Of a stretch of DNA of 56,399 nt, positions 9,851 to 18,909 are shown piece after piece. Both the position numbers and the translations under genes were made by a program. The first letter of the stretch is position 1, and each line of letters starts with the position of its first letter. A model generated the notes under the pieces. That model was given only the letters and a program-made list of their open reading frames with translations. It was not told the origin of the DNA and ran no database searches. Source of the stretch: Thermoproteota archaeon (GTDB taxonomy: Archaea > Korarchaeota > Korarchaeia > Korarchaeales > Korarchaeaceae); NCBI GenBank assembly GCA_015522685.1, contig WALU01000038.1:1-56399 (forward strand), written 5' to 3'.

Positions 9851-10449
9851 GGGGTATCACGCTAGAGCTAGACGAGGAGGTCTATAGGCCAGCTGAGGAT
9901 TCTTTACTCCTGTTAGACTCAATAGAAAGCTTAGGTATCTTAGAGGGACTTAGATGCTTAGATGTGGGAACAGGTACTGGAATTGCGGCGATATACATGG
10001 CTAAGAGGGGGTGCGAGACCTTCGCAACAGATATAACAGAGGAATCTGTAGAATTGGCCTATAAGAACGCAAGGATAAATGAAGTTATTCTGCATGTAGC
10101 TCAGGGAGATCTTACGAGGCACTTCAGAGACTCATCCTTCGATATAGTTGTATTTAATCCACCGTACCTTCCAGAGCGCCCGAGCGATTTCAAGCTGCCC
10201 CTCTCCTGGGCGGGTGGGTTAAAAGGCAGAGAGGTAATAGATCGATTCCTTTCGGATCTTCTCCGTGTGCTTAGAAAGGGAGGAAGAGCGCTAATACTGC
10301 ATGCCGACTACAATGAACCCCATTGGACCTCTAAATGGGGTAGGGAAAGAGGTTTTGACGTTCGCATAGCAGGCAGGAGGAAGCTTGCATTTCACGAGTT
10401 AATTGTGCTGGAGCTTTCCCTCAGAAGCGCGAGAGCTGAGCACTTCTGA
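9820..10449 (+). CDS. HemK2/Mtq2-family protein glutamine methyltransferase
   Basis: VYRPAEDS, LDVGTGTG, FNPPYLP, WAGG..GREVIDRF. Confidence 0.9.
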   Translation: MAEKRARIELRGITLELDEEVYRPAEDSLLLLDSIESLGILEGLRCLDVGTGTGIAAIYMAKRGCETFATDITEESVELAYKNARINEVILHVAQGDLTRHFRDSSFDIVVFNPPYLPERPSDFKLPLSWAGGLKGREVIDRFLSDLLRVLRKGGRALILHADYNEPHWTSKWGRERGFDVRIAGRRKLAFHELIVLELSLRSARAEHF

Positions 10450-10618
10450 CCTGCTTAACCATCTTATAATGCTTTCTGCAGAGGGGTATCCTCCTTCCTA
10501 CATCACCCTTGAGTTTCAGCTTCAGCTCTTGTATGAAAGGTAAAAAGGATCTATCTACTTCCTTAACGGCTGGTTCATTACATCCCTCGATCGCACAAAC
10601 TTTGACCTTATTCTCCAT
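10421..10618 (-). CDS. Small putative zinc-binding hypothetical protein
   Basis: CAIEGC...LCRKH; GGTGT SD-like sequence upstream. Confidence 0.65.
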   Translation of the reverse strand: MENKVKVCAIEGCNEPAVKEVDRSFLPFIQELKLKLKGDVGRRIPLCRKHYKMVKQVRSAQLSRF

Positions 10619-10741
10619 GATTACACCTACTATTATTATCTGATTACTCTCATCAGTATTTAAAGGACTTCTGTTTATGCGAAACTATTAGATCCTATCA
10701 GTACACTGTTATCTATCCGTAAGCTAGCAGACAAGATAGCA

Positions 10742-10819
10742 TGGCGGGCCCGGGGGGACTCGAACCCCCGACCTCCGGCTCCGGAGGCCGGCGCTCTATC
10801 CATGCTGAGCTACGGGCCC
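10742..10819 (-). tRNA. tRNA-Arg(CCG), CCA encoded
   Basis: Cloverleaf GGGCCCG...CCGGC-CTCCGGA-GCCGG...TTCGAGT...CGGGCCCGCCA. Confidence 0.96.
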
Positions 10820-10920
10820 GTGTAAAGTGACAATGAGTTGATATAAATAATAACTTAGTTAGATAATTCACTTACGGAAATCAATAGATTACTTTCTCCA
10901 AAAACTTAATGGGAGATCGT

Positions 10921-11085
10921 CTATTTCTTGGTCTTGAACTCGGTATAACCGCAATTCCCGCATGTATATCTATCCTCATGTTCAGCCATGAACGAGCCGC
11001 ACCTAGGACAAATTCTCTTCTTCCTAACGAGCTTACCTCCTTCTATGGAGTAACACTTCCATACCTGCACAGGCTTATGCTTCAT
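10921..11085 (-). CDS. rps27ae: 30S ribosomal protein S27ae (absent from the ORF track)
   Basis: Manual translation [54 protein letters not shown]; ATGA overlap with rps24e. Confidence 0.95.
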   Translation of the reverse strand: MKHKPVQVWKCYSIEGGKLVRKKRICPRCGSFMAEHEDRYTCGNCGYTEFKTKK

Positions 11086-11381
11086 GAAGATGCCCCCTCC
11101 TCTTTCTCCTTCTCATTCCTCTTGATTATATGATCTGGTTCTATTGTCAGGGCGAATGCCCTACTGTTATAGGCCATAGCATACACTCTAGCTTCCTCCT
11201 TTCCGTATTCATTCACTATCTTCCTTATGAAGAGGTTCCCAATAGGTTTGCCTATCTCCTTAGCTATGGCTTCCCTGATCTCTTTCCTCGATGGAGTTCC
11301 ACCCTTAAACTTTACCGTGGCCACTATTTCCTCCCTTTGAAGGAGAGGATTGTCTCTACGTTTAGTGATCTCCAACTCCAT
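11082..11381 (-). CDS. rps24e: 30S ribosomal protein S24e
   Basis: [27 protein letters not shown]. Confidence 0.95.
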   Translation of the reverse strand: MELEITKRRDNPLLQREEIVATVKFKGGTPSRKEIREAIAKEIGKPIGNLFIRKIVNEYGKEEARVYAMAYNSRAFALTIEPDHIIKRNEKEKEEGASS

Positions 11382-11435
11382 TTTCGCCTCCTGTTTTGCG
11401 TGATCGCTTCAGATATATAACTGCTTCCCTCGCAC

Positions 11436-11624
11436 CTACCATACTCTCAGTGCATAGATGCCGACCTTATCATGCTCGAGTATCTTAGCCAGCTGGGATC
11501 TGAGGGGATCTATTATTGCCACGATACCTTCCCAGTTGTAGGTCAGGTCTTCAGAACTGCATATCGGGCATTTATTCTCCGTCGTTAAGGCCTTACAGTT
11601 TCTACAAGCCCTCCATTTAGGCAT
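11436..11624 (-). CDS. spt4: Transcription elongation factor Spt4 (RpoE'')
   Basis: ACRNC..CPIC, WEG, YALRV. Confidence 0.95.
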   Translation of the reverse strand: MPKWRACRNCKALTTENKCPICSSEDLTYNWEGIVAIIDPLRSQLAKILEHDKVGIYALRVW

Positions 11625-11628
11625 AAAA

Positions 11629-12210
11629 TCATCCTCCCTTCTCCTTTCCTTTCTCCTTCTCCCTCTCTTCCTCCTTAACTCCGAGCTTTCCTAGCTTAGG
11701 CTGCCTCATGGTCAGTGATACCTTCACTATGGGCTCTCCTTTGAGTAAAGCCATGGGATTTGGCTTGCTAACGGTAGTAATCCTTGCTCTCACTTTATCC
11801 CCTCTCCTAAAGGTTATTCTCGCCTTCTTACTCTGAAGAACCCCAGCCCTATGGACGAAAACGTCATCGCCAAGCTGCGATATATGGACGAACCCGCTTA
11901 TGGGGCCTATGGAAACGAACATACCGTAGTCAACGATGTTCTCTACCTCTCCCTCTACGATCTCGTCTTTCAGGGGCAAATAGGTGAGGACCTTGAACTT
12001 GGCCCTGACGTATATGTTTGGGCTACCGATTATTGATTTACCGTATCCTAGATCAGTAACCTCAAGCACATCTAATACGAGACCTATCTCCCTCAGATAG
12101 CGGCCCACATACTTCGAATTAAATTGCTCTCTAAGTATGGATCTGATATCCTTATCCAGATCCATTGGCCGAATGAAGCCGACATCGCTCATCTCAGTTA
12201 TGTAAAACAC
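11629..12210 (-). CDS. rpo7: RNA polymerase subunit Rpo7 (RpoE')
   Basis: S1 domain EIVEGEV..YGMFVSIGP..GFVHISQ, LTMRQPKLGK. Confidence 0.95.
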   Translation of the reverse strand: MFYITEMSDVGFIRPMDLDKDIRSILREQFNSKYVGRYLREIGLVLDVLEVTDLGYGKSIIGSPNIYVRAKFKVLTYLPLKDEIVEGEVENIVDYGMFVSIGPISGFVHISQLGDDVFVHRAGVLQSKKARITFRRGDKVRARITTVSKPNPMALLKGEPIVKVSLTMRQPKLGKLGVKEEEREKEKGKEKGG

Positions 12211-12634
12211 TTTATCCTACCCCACCATAACCGTTTAGCAGCCGATCAAATCAAAGTTCAGCTTTCCTTACTTAAAGTTAGCGAGCATATGATGGTTGTG
12301 ATAACATGTGAAGATGAATGAAGAATATCGTTTTCATCGCTTGGACCATCGAGGTGCCCAAGAAAACGCTCGAGGCTGATAGGTAAAATTCTAGGAGTAG
12401 TTATCTGCTTAATAGGACGGAAATAAGCTGGTGGAATGCAGTTCTCACGCTAGAAAGCCTTGATGAGATCTAGGAAGGAATCGGGTTGCTAGGTTATTGG
12501 AGAGGCATGAATAAAAGATTACTCTATAATGATCCACCGCTTGAATGATTATACTCCATTTATCTACGCCATCCATGTTAGATGAGAAGTTTAATCATAA
12601 TATCCTCCTAAAGGGAAAATCAGATTCAATTTCC

Positions 12635-12901
12635 CTATTTTCCCATTATCCTTTCTATATATTCAACTATCTCCTTGCTCGCTGCTGGATTAAGCGATAT
12701 GACACTACCCTCCTTATGAAGTAGAACATAGCCATCTTTAATCATACCTCTAATTATTCTCCTAACTCTTTTTCCATCCCTCTTAACTTTCTTGGAGATC
12801 CAGTGCACCAAGCTATCTACAGGAAGATATTTAGCTCCCCAACAACCCTTTCTCATGAGCTTGTTCATGATATCGGCTTTTATTTCATCATCGCTCAGCA
12901 T
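12635..12901 (-). CDS. Small basic hypothetical protein, possible winged-helix fold (88 aa)
   Basis: Start reassigned to ATG at 12901 (MLSDDEIKADIMNKL); divergent from the HTH gene. Confidence 0.65.
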   Translation of the reverse strand: MLSDDEIKADIMNKLMRKGCWGAKYLPVDSLVHWISKKVKRDGKRVRRIIRGMIKDGYVLLHKEGSVISLNPAASKEIVEYIERIMGK

Positions 12902-12915
12902 GAGTTCACTTATAG

Positions 12916-12946
12916 TACCTTTATAAGGTATATTTATATACCTTAT
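12916..12946. promoter_or_regulatory. Palindromic operator in a divergent promoter
   Basis: ATAAGGTATAT-TT-ATATACCTTAT (perfect 11-bp arms, 12923-12946) plus overlapping TACCTT-TAT-AAGGTA (12916-12930), covering TTTATA boxes. Confidence 0.7.
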
Positions 12947-12955
12947 CCTCAATAC

Positions 12956-13312
12956 ATGTTAGGTGATAGTATACCAGAGGAACTATATACGAACAAGGAA
13001 CATGAATCGATAATAATTAAGACCTTAGGAGATTCTCCTAAGCTAAGGATTATAGATTTCTTTCTGGACAATCCTTTATTCGATTTTACCAAGAAAGAGG
13101 TCATTGATGCTTTAGGCATGAGCAAGCAGACATTCTATAAGTACTTTCCAGACTTAGAGAAATACGGCATAGTTAAGGTATCTAGGAGGATAGGTAAAGC
13201 TAAACTGTACAGAATAAATATGGAACATCCATTAGTGAAAATGCTTAAAGAGTATGAGAAGAGGGTATCTCTCCAGATAGCTGAGGAAGAAGAGATAGCT
13301 TTAAAGCAGTAG
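12956..13312 (+). CDS. Winged-helix HTH transcriptional regulator (118 aa)
   Basis: Start reassigned to ATG at 12956; LGDSPKLRIIDFFL..FTKKEV..GMSKQTFYKY..LEKYGIV..RRIGKAKLY. Confidence 0.85.
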   Translation: MLGDSIPEELYTNKEHESIIIKTLGDSPKLRIIDFFLDNPLFDFTKKEVIDALGMSKQTFYKYFPDLEKYGIVKVSRRIGKAKLYRINMEHPLVKMLKEYEKRVSLQIAEEEEIALKQ

Positions 13313-13324
13313 TACTTATCTCTT

Positions 13325-13358
13325 AGCAACTCATAGCTCTATCGATTGGGCTATTGCT
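13325..13358 (+). terminator. Imperfect hairpin downstream of the HTH gene
   Basis: AGCA..ATAGCTC-TATCGATT-GGGCTAT-TGCT can pair with one G-U and a bulge. Confidence 0.3.
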
Positions 13359-13585
13359 CCATGGAATTGTGCAGATATCTTCCAAGAGACGCAAGGATTG
13401 TCAAAACACAATTCGATACTTTCTCTTTTTAGCGAATCTTAACTTTCCTTATGTGTACAACTAAAAATGGCATGGCTGGCTCGAAATTCCAATTCAAAGG
13501 GATATCAATAGCGAACCGTTGGCTTCCTTTCTCTCCTCTCTTTCTACCTTTAACATGCACGAATTTCCTTCTAGTTTCTCGAATT

Positions 13586-14212
13586 CTACTTTCCCTCCTT
13601 TCTTTCCCTCATATCCTTCCTCTTTGCCCTCTTCAATGTTCTAACAACTAACCTGAGATATTTTGCGGCAGCAGGAGAAATAGCTCCAGGGGCGCTAGAG
13701 ACATCAGCAAAGAGGATGTCAGGCGGAGGATAGCCGAAGTGCGTGCGAACACATTCATCACAAGCATAGTAGTAATCAACGGGGATAGGGGTTATTTGCA
13801 TTAAACTGCTTATAGTATCATCACTGAGTCCGATGAACTCACGGCCACAATAGCGACACTTTCTAACGACAACTTCTGGCTTTATTAGGGAAATGAAGCC
13901 CAAAGAGGTGGGAATTACAGCTGCAATATCAGGTTGGGCCTCAAGGCTTAGGCTAGGGAATCTAATGGTTTTTATCCCGGCCCTCTCTATTTCTTCCTTT
14001 TTCCTCTCATTAGAAGCCTTGACGATTTTTCTCTGCTTAACTATGGAATTAGCTAGTTCCTTTATGGCTCGCTTCTTTATATTATAGGACTCATTGGATA
14101 CGGCCTCATATTTCTTGTTGAAGTCATCTATATACTCTTCAGGATTAATGTCAAAAGCCGAAACAATCTCGGTAAAAAGGGACCACAGAATGAAACGATC
14201 ATTATCAGGCAT
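13586..14212 (-). CDS. Hypothetical protein with CxxC...CxxC zinc-binding motifs
   Basis: 208-aa ORF, strong SD (GAGGGGAGGAGG) before the ATG; CRYC and CDEC. Confidence 0.7.
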   Translation of the reverse strand: MPDNDRFILWSLFTEIVSAFDINPEEYIDDFNKKYEAVSNESYNIKKRAIKELANSIVKQRKIVKASNERKKEEIERAGIKTIRFPSLSLEAQPDIAAVIPTSLGFISLIKPEVVVRKCRYCGREFIGLSDDTISSLMQITPIPVDYYYACDECVRTHFGYPPPDILFADVSSAPGAISPAAAKYLRLVVRTLKRAKRKDMRERKEGK

Positions 14213-14370
14213 GCCTCCTCCCTCAAGCTCATGATGATAGAGCTTACTATCTACCTTTGTAAAGCGATACGTTTATTTAAACCGCAATCATCCATATAAC
14301 TGTAACTTCCTCTATTTGCAGCAGAAACTCTCCTTGCTCACGCACTTCCTAGCATTAGCTAAATCAAGAT

Positions 14371-14784
14371 TCAACTTCCCTTACTTAATCTTAAAGGATC
14401 ATCAAGTACAAGCTTCTTCCCTGCCCTGAGATATATAACTGGAATACCTTCTTTAAGAAGCCTCTCCTTCAATTCCAAGTCAAAAGTAGCTACTGCTCCT
14501 CCAAGCTCTTTAGCGAGGGCCAAGAGATCATTATCCGCTTCATCATCATATTCTTCAAAAATTTCGACCTTATACCTCTCCAATATTTCTATCGATATTC
14601 GGGCCTGTATCCTCCTCTTCCCCTTCAAAAATTCATTTAATTCCCTCATCACGGATTTCGTTGTTGCGAGGGTTGCTTTAGGGTAAAGCCTCAGGACTTC
14701 CTCTAGGCTAATGGACCTAATATCCGTTAAGGCCATTAAGAAGGATGTATCAAGCAACAGGTACCTTTTAGCCAACTCGATCAC
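14371..14784 (-). CDS. PIN-domain protein (Fcf1/Utp24-like)
   Basis: LLDTSFL, VMREL, ADNDLL, VATFD.EL, GIPVIYLR. Confidence 0.88.
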   Translation of the reverse strand: MIELAKRYLLLDTSFLMALTDIRSISLEEVLRLYPKATLATTKSVMRELNEFLKGKRRIQARISIEILERYKVEIFEEYDDEADNDLLALAKELGGAVATFDLELKERLLKEGIPVIYLRAGKKLVLDDPLRLSKGS

Positions 14785-14788
14785 CTAG

Positions 14789-14863
14789 TGGGCCCGGGGG
14801 GACTTGAACCCCCGGCCTCCCGGTTATCAGCCGGGCGCTCTGACCAGTCTGAGCCACGGGCCC
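14789..14863 (-). tRNA. tRNA-Ile(GAT)
   Basis: Cloverleaf with anticodon arm CCCGG-CTGATAA-CCGGG. Confidence 0.96.
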
Positions 14864-14865
14864 TA

Positions 14866-14939
14866 TGGACCGAGGGGGACTTGAACCCCCGGCCTCCGCC
14901 TTGCGAAGGCAGCGCGCTACCAGCCTGCGCCACCGGCCC
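14866..14939 (-). tRNA. tRNA-Ala(CGC)
   Basis: Anticodon arm CTGCC-TTCGCAA-GGCGG; G3-U70 pair in the acceptor stem. Confidence 0.95.
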
Positions 14940-14984
14940 GCATTTTGAGGATCCTGTCTCTCTAAATAAAAGTTTCTTATGTAA

Positions 14985-16232
14985 TTATTCTCTCATTTCA
15001 TACCTAAGAACTGCAGCAACTCCGCCTAGGGCTTTAAGCTGAGCTCCCCATTCTGTACCAGGGGATATGACAAATAACTCGGCACCTGTTTGGCTGCCGA
15101 GCTCTCCAAGGTACTCTATTATATCTATCTCCTCCAACTCATATACTGTTCCTCCGCATTTAGGACATTTCCATCCGCTTAATGACATTTCTCTATCTTT
15201 TCTGATTACCTTCTGCTCCTCATAACCGCACTGAATGCACTTTATCTTTACCTTCTTAACTGGTATATCTTCTAAAACGAGTATTTTTTCAGCTGATCCA
15301 GAGATCAGTGCATTCTCAACTTCTTTTATTCCATAGGCAACTCTTCCAGATTCCTTAACCAGAAGCCTAAATACTTCCTCAACCAAGCTTCTCTCCTTAT
15401 ACAGGGATGATTCCTTGAGGAGGTCCTCTGCTTTCATTATAAGCTCTCGAATCCCCTGCTCCTCTGTATAAGATAAGGGTATGCTAGCAATAATCTTTCT
15501 CTGTAATCTGTAATCTAGGAAATTACCCTCCTCAAATTTTTCTCTGGCATCTCCAGGTCCTCCTATCAGTATTCCCTCAAGCTCGTTCTCTATTGGTAGT
15601 AAAACTTCGTTAGCTCTGATACCTAATCTCTTAAAGAAATCATGAACTCTCTCCTCCCTTATCCTTTCGAACCTCCTCTGAGACTGGCCACCAGCGCTAT
15701 GCTTCGGAGGTATATCTGAGGATACCCACCTGATTACCTTGTAGTTAGAACCCCTAAGTATAGCTATTACACCTCCACCCCTATCCATTACTATAAGCCC
15801 ATATGCCTTCTTTTCTCTAATCATATCCTCCAGAGGCTCTAAATAAAACTCATGATTGCATATGTACTGAAAGGATCTAACTGGCTCTGGAGGTTCTATT
15901 ACGTAGATCTCTATCTTTTCTGTACCTCTATCTCTTCCTTGGGGAATTGCTCCGCAAAAAATCACTAATCCATTCCCCGGTACACTTCGATAAAGCTTTA
16001 ACTTCTGTATTATACTTTCTATTGCACTCTGGACGTTTTTTCTCGTTAACTTATCCTTAATATTACTAGCTTGGTCGGATTCATCCCTTAAGTACTTTAT
16101 TACATCGTAAACGTTCTTACCTGGGGGCATATACAGAGATATAAGCTCAGTGCCTCTCCCCTTCTTCTTCTTTAACTCTTTTAGAAGCTTTCTGAACTCA
16201 TATCTCTCATAGGTTAAGGACAACTTTTTCAC
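14985..16232 (-). CDS. prf1: Peptide chain release factor aRF1
   Basis: GRGTELISLY, NIKD, YICN, GGQSQRRFER, C-terminal zinc ribbon. Confidence 0.97.
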   Translation of the reverse strand: MKKLSLTYERYEFRKLLKELKKKKGRGTELISLYMPPGKNVYDVIKYLRDESDQASNIKDKLTRKNVQSAIESIIQKLKLYRSVPGNGLVIFCGAIPQGRDRGTEKIEIYVIEPPEPVRSFQYICNHEFYLEPLEDMIREKKAYGLIVMDRGGGVIAILRGSNYKVIRWVSSDIPPKHSAGGQSQRRFERIREERVHDFFKRLGIRANEVLLPIENELEGILIGGPGDAREKFEEGNFLDYRLQRKIIASIPLSYTEEQGIRELIMKAEDLLKESSLYKERSLVEEVFRLLVKESGRVAYGIKEVENALISGSAEKILVLEDIPVKKVKIKCIQCGYEEQKVIRKDREMSLSGWKCPKCGGTVYELEEIDIIEYLGELGSQTGAELFVISPGTEWGAQLKALGGVAAVLRYEMRE

Positions 16233-16277
16233 CCTTTAGAGGAGAAAGTAAGTTGAATTATAAAATCCTCAGGTATT

Positions 16278-17501
16278 GTGATGCATATGGAGCAAGTAGT
16301 TCTCTTTGAAGATACGAAGATCAGAAACCTCAGCCCTATAACTGACCTCATCCCAATGCAGGAAGTTATAGTTGGGGGTGGTAAGCAGTACTTTCGCTTT
16401 GATAATGAACTGAATGTTAAAACAAGGTGGATCACTAGGAAAGATCTAGAAGGGAGGGTACCAAGCGAAAGAAAGCCTGATTATGGTGATGCAGCATTAT
16501 TAATAAACGCTAGGCTTATATCTACAGGGATAGTAAAATCCGCTAGAGAACTTGAATTCAATGAAGCTTTAGTAGAAGGAGAGAATATTGTCGCAGCTAG
16601 GGTAAAGTCACTCGATTACTCTATGTTAGATGACCTATTTAAGGGCAAGAGCAATTTAAGGGCTAAGCTATGCGAGGCATTCCTGGCGGAAAATCCTTGG
16701 GATATATCACCTAGTTCTACCATATCCTACCTATCTAGCGACTTATTGAAGTGGGTTGAATCTAAAAATGCATCTAACGGCAATGTAAGAGTAATAGGCA
16801 AATTTCCCGTAAATATAGCTGAAGATATAGAAGTGCTGGGCCCTATAACAATTGATGCGAGAGAAGGACCTGTTATTATTGGAGAAAGGGCTATGATAGA
16901 GCCTTATGCTTACTTAAAGGGGCCCCTACACATAGGATCTCATTCCATAGTAGTTGCTGGTTCTAGGGTAGCAGGCAGCTATATCGGAGTTTATGGCCGT
17001 GCAGGAGGGGAAGTCACGACCAGCATAATATCTGATTACTCTAACAAATACCACTTTGGCTTCCTAGGACATAGTTATGTTGGAAGATGGGTAAACATAG
17101 GAGCAGGATCCACAACTTCAAACCTGAAGAACACTTACGGAGAAATAAAAGTTGGAGATACATCGACAGGGCTTAATAAGCTAGGAGCTTTTATAGGAGA
17201 TCACTCTAAGCTCTCCATTGGTACACTAACTTATGCAGGTGTTAGGATAGGGGTATCATCTCACCTTCATGGTTTGGTGTATGAAGACGTCTCTCCATTT
17301 ACAATATATGCAAAGAGCATTGGATGGGGGCTTTATGAGCTTGATCTAGATTCCGTCATAAGGACCTATAAGAAGATGGCTCCTAGGAGAGGAGCTGAAC
17401 CAGATCCATTGGAGGAGGAGCTCCTAAGAAAGCTCTTTAAAGACACAAAGGACCAAAGATTGAAGAATAACGTTATCAGAGGTAGATTGAAGATAAAATG
17501 A
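16278..17501 (+). CDS. GlmU-like sugar nucleotidyltransferase/acetyltransferase family protein
   Basis: C-terminal hexapeptide repeats, SNKYHFGFLGHSYVGRWVNIGAG..SNLKNTY. Confidence 0.8.
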   Translation: MMHMEQVVLFEDTKIRNLSPITDLIPMQEVIVGGGKQYFRFDNELNVKTRWITRKDLEGRVPSERKPDYGDAALLINARLISTGIVKSARELEFNEALVEGENIVAARVKSLDYSMLDDLFKGKSNLRAKLCEAFLAENPWDISPSSTISYLSSDLLKWVESKNASNGNVRVIGKFPVNIAEDIEVLGPITIDAREGPVIIGERAMIEPYAYLKGPLHIGSHSIVVAGSRVAGSYIGVYGRAGGEVTTSIISDYSNKYHFGFLGHSYVGRWVNIGAGSTTSNLKNTYGEIKVGDTSTGLNKLGAFIGDHSKLSIGTLTYAGVRIGVSSHLHGLVYEDVSPFTIYAKSIGWGLYELDLDSVIRTYKKMAPRRGAEPDPLEEELLRKLFKDTKDQRLKNNVIRGRLKIK

Positions 17502-17573
17502 AGCCGGGTGAGGGATTCGAACCCCCGTCTACGGGTCTGCAGCCCGCTGCCTGAACCGCTCGGCCAACCCGGC
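17502..17573 (-). tRNA. tRNA-Cys(GCA)
   Basis: Anticodon arm GCGGG-CTGCAGA-CCCGT, U discriminator. Confidence 0.95.
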
Positions 17574-17653
17574 ATAGTCTATGAGAGTATTTTTCCTGTA
17601 ATAAGTTTTATTCTAAAGTCAAGGTTATAAATAGAATAACTTTCCTATTGGGT

Positions 17654-17731
17654 GGGCCCGTAGCTCAGCAAGGATAGAGCGGCGGCCTCCTAAGCCGCAG
17701 GCCGAGGGTTCAAGTCCCCCCGGGCCCGCCA
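17654..17731 (+). tRNA. tRNA-Arg(CCT), CCA encoded
   Basis: Anticodon arm GCGGC-CTCCTAA-GCCGC; TTATAAA box about 25 bp upstream. Confidence 0.95.
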
Positions 17732-17734
17732 TGC

Positions 17735-17808
17735 GCGGCCGTAGTCTAGCTTGGATAGGATATTGGCTTCCCAAGCCAGAGACCCGGGTTCAAATCCCGG
17801 CGGCCGCA
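17735..17808 (+). tRNA. tRNA-Gly(CCC)
   Basis: GCGGCCG acceptor stem, anticodon arm TTGGC-TTCCCAA-GCCAG. Confidence 0.95.
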
Positions 17809-17940
17809 TTATCTCACATTTTATATCCTAAACATGGAAGTTACCTATAGAAGGAATAATTACTGTCTAAACTTAGAATGGAGAGCTCCCTAAAGGTTAT
17901 TATAGATGTATAGTCGTTAGTTACGATAATGCCTTCTTAA

Positions 17941-18388
17941 GAGGGCATAATTGTTCCGTATCTCTTTCCTCTACGATATATTTCCTTCTTCTTAATGCTA
18001 ACCTTTTCTCTATGAATTCATAGCTTATGGAGTATATGAAAAAGTAAACTCTCACCTAAAAGAGAGTCTCGTTAGCGAGGTAATTAAAACTACTCTCATC
18101 TTCTTGCTCCTAATGTCTTTCACTCTAGGAATGATCACAGGCGATGTTTTACAAGATTTTGTCTGGATAATAGCTTTTTCGATCTCTATATCAACATTAG
18201 ACTACAAATTGAGGAGAAAGCTACTAATAAGATATCTTGCACTGACGGGCTATTTGACATATACTCTCATCTTACTCTACGCTAAGGTAGTTCTCTCTAT
18301 AAGATTCTTTCCGTATCACTCTCTAGAAATTGCAGTAATAGCTATTCTTCTACTTCTACCAGCAGCTGTATCCATGCTTCATGAATAA
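17941..18388 (+). pseudogene. Decayed hydrophobic membrane protein gene (ORF 18104-18388 is its 3' part)
   Basis: The frame is open from 18002 without a start codon, and hydrophobic coding continues upstream in another frame (EGIIVPYLFPLRYISFFLMLT). Confidence 0.45.
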
Positions 18389-18909
18389 TGGGGTGGGATA
18401 TGCTACTCCTCCAAAAGGAATGGATAAGATCTCCATTCCACAGGTTTTTTGTCATAGTCATGACCGTAATAGTTCTCACTTCTCTTTTTGGTTACTTACT
18501 CAATCCTTTTGAGATAGAGTTTACATGTAAGGAAGCAATATGGCCAGGCATATCTTCCATCCTATTAAGAAATATAGCGGTCTTCTCACTACTACTAGTA
18601 GGATATCTTACTTATGGTATATTAACGTTAACTATTTTAGGGCTTAATGGCTTTCTTCTAGGGTATTTTCTTAAAGGGCATCCATTTAGTCTAGTTATAA
18701 GGGCAACATTTCCTCATGCCATCCCTGAATTGATATCTTTTATGCTTATATCAGCTACTGCGCTGCAAGCTTCCATAGATTTAAGGAATAATAGCGACCC
18801 TCTTATAATAATTAAATATAAAAATAAAATAGTTATATCCTTTATTCTATTGCTTATAGCAGCATTAATAGAGTGGAAATTGACACCAATTATCTCTTGC
18901 GGGTGGTAG
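18388..18909 (+). CDS. SpoIIM/DUF95 family membrane protein
   Basis: ILLRN, LNGFLLGY, FPHAIPEL and LLIAALIE motifs. Confidence 0.82.
   Translation: MGWDMLLLQKEWIRSPFHRFFVIVMTVIVLTSLFGYLLNPFEIEFTCKEAIWPGISSILLRNIAVFSLLLVGYLTYGILTLTILGLNGFLLGYFLKGHPFSLVIRATFPHAIPELISFMLISATALQASIDLRNNSDPLIIIKYKNKIVISFILLLIAALIEWKLTPIISCGW

Noticed and set aside
10421-10618. Trm112 activator next to the HemK methyltransferase
   Set aside because: The Cys/His pattern (CxxxxC...CxxH) does not match Trm112 (LACP...IP.L).
12803-12955. Long N-terminal extensions making the divergent pair overlap
   Set aside because: Internal ATGs at 12901 and 12956 give a clean divergent promoter with an operator.
14788-15042. 84-aa ORF MGPGGLEPP (and likewise 17366-17575)
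   Set aside because: Spurious translations of tRNA genes.
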